Positions 14,170 through 25,620 of a DNA stretch of 64,000 nucleotides are shown here, piece by piece. Within the stretch, counting starts at the first letter, position 1; the number at the start of each line of letters is the position of its first letter. The position numbers and the translations under genes are program-made. The notes under the pieces are model-generated. The model saw only the letters and a list, made by a program, of their open reading frames with translations. It did not search any database and was not told the origin of the DNA. Origin of the DNA: the human T2T-CHM13v2.0 reference genome, Homo sapiens; assembly GCF_009914755.1 (NCBI RefSeq), contig NC_060939.1; one strand, 5' to 3'.

Positions 14170-14390
14170 TGGCTTTACAGATAGACAGCCTTGGACCCCA
14201 ATGCTAAATCTTCCACTTATTAGCACTGTGATCATGGGCAAGTTATTTAACCTCTCCAAACCTCTATTTCCTAATCTCTACCACAGAGATAACAGTACCT
14301 ACTTCACAGGGCTGTTATGAGGCTCAAATGCAAGAATATATGTAAGCAACTAGCTCAATGCCTGGCATACAATTGTAACTGCTATTACTA
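14170..14390 (+). mobile_element. MIR SINE
   Basis: gggcaagttatttaacctctc...acagtacctacttcacagggctgttatgagg MIR core. Confidence 0.75.
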
Positions 14391-14796
14391 TTGTTATATG
14401 AGCTATTGATATTTTTATCTGATCCCAGATAATACTCAATAATCAAAGTTAATCTCCATCTGCTTTTCTGAACCAGGAATTACTGCTTTATCCTGGGATT
14501 ACTATAAGGTCAAGATGGCAAGTGAGTTTCAGCTCATATTCCGAGTCACATGGATTTCAAGTGAATGCTTGGGGGCTGGTTGAGATGCACTGTGCTGTGA
14601 TTGATTGTGACATGTGCCAAGGGTGTGGAGCCAGGCTTGTTGGTTGGTTCTAATATTAGAATTGGTAAGCCTCTTGTAGTAGTATCACAGAGACTAACAG
14701 CTATTTTAATATTATATAATAAAGCATAGAGAAATCAAAAGAATGGGCTAAGAGTCAGATGGTCTAAGTTCTAATTTTAGCTCTGCAACTAACTGG

Positions 14797-15353
14797 TGAG
14801 AAGATCAGAATATGCCACCCCAAATTATGACACTTTGGCATGAAGATTATTTTGAGCTGAAAGCAACTGAGAAACAGCAGAAAAAGCTCTCTACCCTACC
14901 CCTATCTGCCTATAGGCAGGGCATACATTTCCCCTTGTAAAGGTGCCCTCTGCCCCAACCCCATACCAGGAAGAGGAGACAACCCTTATCACTACAGATG
15001 GGCACTGACTTAAATCTGCTAAAACAAACCTTATTGAAGTAACCCTTGTCTTCCATTAGTTCCCACATATATTTACCTTCCCACAATATATGGCCCCTAG
15101 AAGCCTCAAACCATTTTCCTTTATCTTGTCACTTCTCCATAAGTTTATTGCCCTTTGTTAAAATGGTATATAAGCCTCCAGATCTGATGACCTTCTTGGG
15201 GGTATTCACTTAATTTCTGTGAGGCCCCCTCACATACATATAAAATAATCCTTTTTCTCCCGTTAACCTGTCTTTTGTAAGTTTATTTTGTGGGGCCCCA
15301 GACACTGAATATAAGCGGGTAGAGGAAGAAGTTGGGTTTTTTCCTCTCCAACA
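14797..15353 (+). mobile_element. ERV1-type solo LTR (MER34-like; subfamily tentative), apparently inserted in a MIR
   Basis: TG...CA termini, about 557 bp. It starts tgagaagatcagaatatgccaccccaaattatgacactttggcatgaagattattttgagctgaa, has an internal TATA (ggtatataagcc), and has MIR-like flanks on both sides. Confidence 0.7.
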
Positions 15354-18106
15354 CTGAGTAAGTGATTTTAATCCAGTCACTTCTCTTTCTCTGTGAAGTT
15401 ATTTCCCATTGAAGTACTGTGATTTGCTGATAATTGATTTTTTAAAATGTAAGTAAAGTGAAACACATATAGCTATGACAGGGCCTGGGGTACAGGATGG
15501 GTATTTGTTATGATTATTTGAAAGAAAAATAAAAGCACAAGGCTATTATATGGAAGTGTAACAGTTAAATATTTTCTGTCCTCATTCAAAAAGATTGACT
15601 CTTCCTATCAATGAGGAATATATTCACAATGAGATAAAATTGCAATATTTTTGGCACTAAAAAAAAATCAGCAAATGCTTAGTAATTCTCCAAGAAAGAC
15701 AAGACTGTTGTGAATATGGGGGCTCTTTAATAACCAAGGCACCATTTAAAAATAGCTAGAATTAATTACAGGGCTAATGACCCATTGAAAGGCTTATTTA
15801 AATACCAAAGCCAGCACTGAACAATCATGGAAAATATGACTTAAAAGGGCTTTAGAGAGCAGAAACCAGGAACCGCAGTTCAAACAAAAAACACATTATC
15901 CTAGAACTCTAGCTACTTTGGTGAGAAACATTCAGGATGCGAAAAATCTCAGGGGAGTTCTCAGGCTGGGTAAGAGAAGCCACTAGGATCAACAGAAAGA
16001 CAAGAAGATGACACATACGGTCACCTGTTTGGAAAAGAAGGACTGCCATTTAGCATTCACCCAAAGAGAAGAGAGAAGAGCCCTTCAAAAACCATTCTCC
16101 CCCAATCATCAAGGCTTTCTTTCCCCCACGCTCACCCCCTGGTTTTCTGATGTACCCACCCATTTTTAATGTACCATAGGATAAAATTAAAATTTCCACA
16201 GAGAGGAAAAAATATATTGTAATAAGTCTCTGTGGCCACTTTAGAGCTGCATTATCTCCAAGAGCTTCCTGTGTCTTGGTCCTCTGTGCCCTGCATCCAT
16301 GCCATCATAAGCCAAAGAAGAGGTGATAATCTTCAGCGTGCCCTACTTGCCAGGCAAAAATGATGCCACTGCAGTTCTTAGCTTCTCTCTGTACCAAAAT
16401 GGCCTTTCTGTATGTCAGTATCCTGGGAGCACACCAGGTGGCCAGAGCTGAAACAGTTTCATTACTTCATTCATGCCCATTGATTAAATGCATTACTCTT
16501 ACCCTTATTTACTGTGGCCTAGACATGCCTTGTAGTTGCCTTGCTAAGTTAAAAGTGTCATAAAATCAAAAGGTTCCAAAGCCCTTGAGAGCTCAAGGTG
16601 GGGAGGTAGGAGAGGGAGTGGGGCACTCTCGACATATATTGGTTTCAAGGAGCAAATATAAATTTTAGTATAAATTGCTGTTCACAATAACGCTTTTAAA
16701 CCAGCAATTGTTTACACTGTACTACTCGAGGAACCCTATAATTATTCTGAAAGCACTTGCCAACGTCTACCCTGTTTCATAATTGCCAACACAGCCTTGT
16801 TCAAAAGAATTAGTGGCAATGTTAAAATTCTGTTTGGTACTAGGTTACTGTTTGAAACAATTAGTGATTGCACGATGCTGGGATATGCAAGCAGAATGGG
16901 GCCAATAAAGTACCCTAAGAATGAAGTGGTCTTGTGTTCATATTCACAGGTGGGAAGAAAAGGAAGGTGGTGGCTGAAACGGAAAAAAAACTGCTTGAAT
17001 TTTTTTTTCCTTTTTTTTTACTACTTTCCCAAGAAATACTGTCATCTGTTGAGCAAAATGACTTTAAGAAAATGTTTTTTCAAATGCTGGAAATGGTAGT
17101 GATTTGAAGGAAAAAAGATAACCCACTTCTCCCTCTTCCCCACTCCTTCTTGCCTGGAAAATATGTTTCTATTTCCGGCCTTTACTCCTGATATTTGTAA
17201 GTGAATCTGGGTAGTGATTGTGGAACCTCGGCTTACACATCTCAAAACACCCATCTGTGCAGGTCACTGGACTTTGCTGACCTATTTTCTGCTGTTTCTT
17301 TCTGTTACACAAATCTCCCCCACTTGAAAGAGCAATAGTCCCTCTACTTTCCAATGAAGCACAGACAGCAGAGAGATTTCTCACTCTCTGTAAATGCAAA
17401 AGCTTTTGGAATGTCTGGCATTTCAGGTGAGTGTTTAGGAAAAAACGGATCTCATCCTGGGTGTCTCTCCCATCTTTATTTCATGCTTTCTCTTCTTATA
17501 AACCCACAACTGTGGACAAGGGGATCTGTGTTCCCCATCGCCAAGTGAAAATACATTCTAAATCTACCCTCAAAATTGAGGGTGCTGTGCAAAGTTTCAT
17601 AAATAGAAACAGGGAGGAGAAAAATCTGGCATGACAACTTCTGAATTTAAGCCATTTATTCTCACCTCCACCCCACTTCTATCCCGCCTTTTCTCTTTTA
17701 TGAACAGGTGATATAAAAGCAGAGAACTAAGGCAGTTACCTAAATAAATTTTGTATTACCTGTCTAAATATTTTAGGGAAGTGTTTTTTCTATTCTGAGT
17801 GTCCAGGCTATTTTCTTAGTTCTCGTGTTCACTCTGCAGGTGAAGATATTGTCACTGACTGGGGAATGTGCCTGTGGACCATAACCCAAAGGTGGCATCT
17901 TTTGTGATAAAACAGGTATAACCCTGTTTCATGAGTCTATTGGCCACGAAAGAGATCCTCTATGCCTGGAAGTTCACGGCTTCCCCTTTCTCTTCATCAT
18001 TTTCTGGTTCTGCGGGAGGCTCCATCTTTGATTCAAACCTCACTTCTTCCTAAAAGCCTTCGTAAATGAAGAAACCTTGCAAATTACAGTGGATGTTTCC
18101 CCTCAC

Positions 18107-18182
18107 CATTCATGTATCCAGTTTGTACTTCCTTATCTTCCTTTTGTGAATATGGTGGCTTGCCATTCTGCCTCCAGGAACA
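18107..18182 (-). CDS. RORA: RORalpha2-specific internal exon B (76 nt; CSWRQNGKPPYSQKEDKEVQTGYMN plus phase-1 G)
   Basis: The minus strand reads aacaag|TGT TCC TGG AGG CAG AAT ... TAC ATG AAT G|GTGAGG. It continues exon A in phase 0 and ends in phase 1, as needed to join the common AQIEIIPC exon. It matches the RORalpha2 sequence as I recall it. Confidence 0.92.
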
Positions 18183-19265
18183 CTTGTTTGTCCACCCCAA
18201 TCCAATGATAAAGGACAAAGAAAAGATTTATCAGAGCATGTATTTATGCATAGCACATCCCCAAATGCTTGAACAGCAATAAGTACCCAAAAAAGTACTG
18301 TTTAGGTAGCCAACTCCCACTGTCTAATTTAATCCCACTGAAACTGGATGTGTCTTTTTCTCCTTTTGTTCTAAAGAAACTTGTTCTACTACTATTTGCT
18401 GGCAGGAATAATTTTCTGCCACCTGTAGTACTCTCTGCTTCTGTGAAGGCTGAACTTCAAGTTGCTGTGAAAGAATTTGCATTATCCCTCTATAGTCATA
18501 CCTAAAATTAACCCACTGTCTTAAGTTAAATAAGATATAGAATGCTCACAACTGTTATGGTTATCGGAGAACTAGAGAGTGAGGCTTTCTGGCACTACGA
18601 GAGGATGTAGAAGATGACACATGTGGTTTGGCCTTTATTTGGAAGCAGCAAAAATCACAGAGGTGGTGGTTACAAGACAAAAAAGGCCAGGGGAGTGAAC
18701 ACAAAGTTTTGGCTGAGTTACTTTGTACTATTATGTAATGAGATACAAGCTCGGCCTTGCTTGAGTTTAAATAACCATAATGAACTGTTATAAACTCTGG
18801 GATGGAGGCATTATAAACATAGGAAATTCTGTACTTGGTCCTCCAGTTGGTCAAGTCTACTTGTATTCATAAGGAACACATTCCCTTGGGCTACAAGAGA
18901 AACATTCTGCAAACTGGAAATAGAAGTTACTTTCTGGATAGTTCTCTCAAAGAATATAATGAAGTAAACCCGAACTTCAGACATCTCTGTGATCATGTAT
19001 TTTAGAACATCACCAGAGCAAACAGCAATGAATCTCAGCTGATTAGAGCTTTAGTAAGTAATTGGGATAGCTGAATATCCAAATAACTGGAGTGTTATCC
19101 AAGTAAACACATGAAAACAAAGAGGGCAGTTATCATAAATATTTTTAAAGAAATATTTCTAAATTATGACCTATTTCTTTTCTCTGTAGAGAATTTTGAA
19201 TCGAATTTACTTTCTTGATGATAAACAGTCATCAGAAATTTTATTTTAAAATTTATTAGAAATTT

Positions 19266-20410
19266 GGAGAGCAGGATGTTTGGCCTCTGAATGGGAACCT
19301 TAGTAGTGCCAATGACGAAAGAGAGAATTAAATATGGGTGATGTTGAGAAAACCAAGATTTTTGTCTAGAAGTATGCCCAGTGCCACACCGGGGGAAAGG
19401 GAGGCAAACACAAGACTGGGCCACATCTCCATGGTCTCTGGATGGAGGACAGGTCAGGAGGCCTTTGGATTCACTTACACAGACGCCAGTAAGAACAAAA
19501 GCATCACCTGAAGACAGGATACACTGATGGAGTATTTGGAGAATCCCAAAAAGTTCATCCCTGGAACGAAAATGATAGCCTATCTCAAAAAAGCTACTAA
19601 TGGGCATTAATTAGTTGGCCACTGCCTTGTTTATTACAAAACAGGAACATCTCATGACTTTTTTGTGTGTACCATAATTTAATAGATCTCATACACCAGA
19701 ATTCAGATCATTAATGTCTGACTGAATATTTTTGTTGGGCAGTCCTGTTAACTAAGACTGGATTGTGGTTAAATGCGTATGTTTGATGTTTCTTTGAATT
19801 TTAATAGTAATTTCGATTCAGTAAATGCTATCACTGTTTCCCCCTTCTAAAGATATGGTTGGACTTCATTAGTAATGTTCAACTTTTCATAAAGATGGTG
19901 AATACCACCTTAAAACCTATTGGAGATTGGTTTTATGTTTAGATTTATATAACTGGTTATGTGAATATATTTAAATACTTGGGAATTTCCTTCACTGTCT
20001 CAGAACCAAGCAAGAGTCACCTGTATTTTGTGTTCTGTTGCCTCTTAAAGGCAAGGTCTGAAGATCAGGTAGCAATGTCTACTTTATATTTTTGGCTTTG
20101 ACTGTGCCAATCTCATTAGAATTCCCTGTATCTAAAACGGTTCCCTTTACTTACAGAAAGGCATTTTAGTGTAGGCTTTAGAAAAGTGTGCAATATTTAG
20201 AGTGATATTATACACTAAAGTGTAATAGTTGAGAAGAGTTAAATATTTTTTATTTGATATTACACTTTGGTGTGTAGTGTAATATCAAATATACTTTATA
20301 AATAATAAAAATCTTATAAACAACAAAATCTAATAAAAATCAAATAAAGAACATTTAATATTACACATCAAAGTGTAATACGAAATAAAGAGTATTTTAC
20401 TCTTCTCGAA
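19266..20410 (+). pseudogene. CYCSP38: Processed cytochrome c (CYCS) pseudogene with 5'UTR, disabled CDS (19334 to about 19610) and long 3'UTR
   Basis: gagaattaaatATGGGTGATGTTGAGAAA encodes MGDVEK. CAGTGCCACACC (QCHT), [14 protein letters not shown] and AYLKKAT are recognisable. There are in-frame stops (TAG in gtc tag aag; TGA at the conserved Trp) and an approximately 42-nt deletion after GTKMI. It is intronless, with target-site duplication aaaatttattaga at 19248-19260 and 20411-20423. The symbol is from memory and is less certain than the call. Confidence 0.93.
19479..19560 (-). CDS. RORA: RORalpha2-specific internal exon A (82 nt; (R)[27 protein letters not shown])
   Basis: Minus-strand acceptor ttttcgttccag|GGATGAAC and donor TGT|GTAAGT; 1+81 nt. 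The peptide is visible in ORF 19164..19607 and matches the RORalpha2 N-terminal domain. The exon lies antisense to the cytochrome c pseudogene. Confidence 0.93.
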
Positions 20411-21667
20411 AAAATTTATTAGACACTTATGAAAAAAGTATAAAATTATTGTATATGCTGTAATGCTCTGAAGGCCTTCTAAGATTTATATGACATTTTG
20501 CCCCAACACTAAATGGCCCTGGTTTTTATCCTTTTTATGTTTTTTCTTCCTCCTTCATCTGTAGTTTTCCTTCCTTCTGTAGTCATATGCTAGATCTTAT
20601 GAGGCCCTCCCTCTACTTGTAATTAATATTTTGTCTTAGAATTAGCTATGTCTTGGAACCCAACCAGATAACTAAGCTTGTGTAAAAACCAATTATAAAT
20701 AGGATGTACTGGGTCTAAAGAGATTTCCTCTGAAATCAAGTGCATTCACTGTAGTGCTTGAACTTTGGGTCTCTGTTTTGGCAACCTAAAGGCCTATTTG
20801 CTTACTTCCTAACTTCTCAGATGGTTTGTGACAGAGAAGGTTGCCAGAGGACAGATTCATCACAGGTGAGGTATTGCTGTAGTAGGAAGGCAAAAAAGGT
20901 AATTGAAAGACCCTGTTCTTCAAATTACCAAGAGAAAGATGTCGTGCAAGGAATAGGACAATGACCTTTCTGTTATTTGCATTACGGCTTGATAATTATC
21001 ACAAGTACATTCAGTTTGAGAGTTTCTCGATCTCTTCTCAATGCCTTCAAATAGATATGTTACAAGACATGGCAAATTGATTCTTTACCTAAGCGAGGCC
21101 AGTTTCATGTTCCAAAAATATTTCAAAGCCAAATACACATAACTTTATAAATTTAGCCACTGTTTTTTTTCCCCTTGACTGTTTTATTCTTGACTGCCAT
21201 AGCCAAGAGTTAATATAGTTGCGTTTTCTTAAGGAAGCAACATAAGTTCTAACAATAAATCTGTGAAAATGAATTTGTGATTTTAGTTCATTTTTGGATG
21301 ATTTCAACCAATCATTGTAGCCCATACCTGGCAAAGCAAAAAGTTTATCACAGCAACTCCTTATTTTGCTCCCTATGAGATTGTATTAAATTTAGATCTC
21401 TCCAGAACATTTGACTCCCTTCTTAAGGAGATTTATGTTGAAAATTCTCACATAGCCACAAAACGCAGTCCATTTTATATTAAAATGTGAGTGTATTTCT
21501 AAAATTTTTTCTTTTGTTTTGTTTGTGTTCTCAAGAATGCTTTCTAAAACAAACTCATGTGACATAAACAGGGCCAGCTTGCCCTAGTTACACCCTTACT
21601 ATTTCATTAACAAAGGAACTGGGCTGCCATTCTGTTTTTGTTATGCTTATGCTGAATAACTGTACTC

Positions 21668-21963
21668 AGCCAGCTGCCATGACTTGTCTGTAATCCCAGC
21701 ACTTTGGGAAGCCAAGGTGAGAGGATCACTTGAGCTCAGGAGTTCAAGACCAGCCTGGACAATATAGTGAGACCCTGCCTCAAAAAAAAAAAATTAGCCG
21801 AGTGTGGTGGTGCCAGTCTGTGCCTGCCTGTAGTCTCGGCTACTGGTCGGGGAGAGGGGCCTGAGGTGGGAGGGATCACTTGAGCCTGGGTCACGGCTGC
21901 AGTAAGCTGTGGCAACAGAGCAAAACCCTGGGTGACACAGCAAGATGTGTCTCAATAAAAATA
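21668..21963 (+). mobile_element. Alu (AluJ-like, diverged)
   Basis: ctgtaatcccagcactttgggaagccaaggtgagaggatcacttgagctcaggagttcaagacc. Confidence 0.9.
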
Positions 21964-22117
21964 AGTATATAACTGTATTCAAATGACTTTCTTCTTCTAA
22001 TGTGGCTGCCTGGGCAATTTGTCCATTTTTTCCCAGCAGCAGCTGCTAATGTTTAAGTGTAATTTTACGCTAAATTTTTTTTAATTAAAAAAATTAAAAG
22101 TTACACCAGCTTATTGA

Positions 22118-22647
<530 letters not shown>

Positions 22648-23196
22648 TTAAATATGGAGAATGCAAAATAATAATAAATAATGAGGCATAATTATAATTG
22701 TGATGACAAGAAAGTAATAAAAAAAAGTTAAACTCTTTAACTCTGAAACTAACATTAAGAATTTTATCCCGTGTTGTAGATCCAGGAACACATGAGGAAG
22801 ATGCTTTAACATCTTTATGTTAAAGCTTTAACAACATGGCTCTCAAGGTTTTTGGACCCCCTTCCATAATGTAATAGATTCTGAATTGCAAAATACCAAT
22901 ACATTTTGTTAAAGGGTCAAGAACTATAGAAGGAAAGTACATCTCAATCCAAAACTATATCCATTGAGAAAAGAAAAATAGCTCAGAACCATATGAGCTA
23001 TATAAGTGATGCAAAATTTATCACGCCCTGAGAGACATAATATGGGACTTCAGTGACACTCCCCCCATGCAGGGGTGGTGGTGGGGGACTATTTAAAGCC
23101 ATTTTGTTCCTGACTAGATGCTGCCTCCATTATCTTCATGTTACTGGAATCTGTGATACACAGAACAATAGCTTATGGGTTTAACAAAAAAAAAAA

Positions 23197-24130
<934 letters not shown>

Positions 24131-25369
24131 AATAGCTTATGTTATTTAAATATAAATTCTTGGTAAACAATTTAGAAACTGCCTCTTATTTCTTCCTTTA
24201 AAAATTCACTTGTAACTGCTGTTAATCCGAGTGTACAAGGCAACTTCAATCTATACTCCCAGGTGGCTATCCTCAAGTTTGGGCTCAAATAAATGCTATA
24301 CTTAATCATATTTTCTGAATCTTGTTACTTAAGGCGGACACGTATAAGTTGAAATTCTCCCAAAGTGAACACGGAGTCAGTCTACCAAAGTAAAATCAAA
24401 CTAAGGTGAATATTTAAATATTCAGACAAACATCCCTGCTATTGAAAAAAATCACAAATATTTGCTTAGCATCCACTAAGTGCAAGATGCTGATGGTGCA
24501 AATACCAGGTGTGCCAGACAACTGCTCAGCCTTTTATACCTCTTGGCCTAACTAGACACACCTGCAGTTTTCCACATGGAATTCCTCTTCTTGCACTTTG
24601 GCCTAAGCACGCATTTTTTCTAATGGTGGAAAATATTAAACAGACTTTTGCTTTAGAAGGTATCTCACTTCACTTCAAAGCAAAGTCTACCTTGTGAATT
24701 TAATTAGGGAACCTTCATGAGATTTTACCCCTTATGTATATTTCCAACTATTTTAGTCATCAAGAACACTTACTGTTCCAATTCTGCCACGGATGTGGTC
24801 AATCTTAGGGAAATTTCTTTGAGCCTCAGTTTCTTCATTTGTAGCATGGGGATCTTACCCACCTAAAACCAAACTGAGACAGCACAGTGCTTGGGGGACA
24901 GGAGACTCTCAGTAAACAGCAGCTCTTATTGTTGTGCCCCAGAGAGTCTCTTAGGAAACGGGCTCCCCAGAGCTTCAAACCATGGCTTTTCCTGTGTGGC
25001 TACATCACAGACATTGTTTATCAGAGGACACATCTTCTAGTTCACTGTGGTTCATTCTTGGTGGTCATTGGAAGTTTGCTCCATTACAGCAAGTACACAC
25101 ACAGGTAGCGATGGCCTACATATTTATTTTCAAGCAATGTTTTCCAGCAGACATGGCATTCAGTGTTGTATGAAACATCCCCATACAATTCCACAGACCT
25201 GCATGCGGCTTTCACTTTGCCCTCTATTGTACAGCCTTTCATGGGCTGCTTGACTTGAGCACACTTCTCACTACATACTTCATTTTATTAGGATATGAAT
25301 TTTATATCCAGATAATGAATCCAAAGTCTGAGAAAGATGCATGCTTACAATTGGTATACAGCACGGCTG

Positions 25370-25620
25370 TGGAGACATGTTGAGAAGCTCTGGGATGAGA
25401 CACCTAAATTCAAATCCCAGCTCACACTTCTGTGTGAACTTATGCAAAAATTTTAACCTTTTTGATTCTCAGTTCCCCTCATCTGTAGAATGGTTATCCC
25501 CATTATGGGTTATCCCCAGAGTTGTTGAAAGTTAAAAGTGATCATGCTTGTTCAGTGTTTAGCCCAGTGTTTGGCATAGAGAAAAAAATGCAATAAATGG
25601 CATCTTATAATGCAATTGTT
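25370..25620 (+). mobile_element. MIR SINE
   Basis: ttcaaatcccagctcacacttctgtgtgaactt...tctcagttcccctcatctgtagaatgg. Confidence 0.7.

Noticed and set aside
19164-19607. 147-aa minus-strand ORF as a stand-alone gene
   Set aside because: Only 19479-19560 is bounded by splice sites and matches RORalpha2; the rest is antisense pseudogene and intron.
19334-19610. Functional cytochrome c gene
   Set aside because: It has in-frame stops, loss of the first heme-binding Cys (TAT), an internal deletion, no intron, and flanking TSDs.
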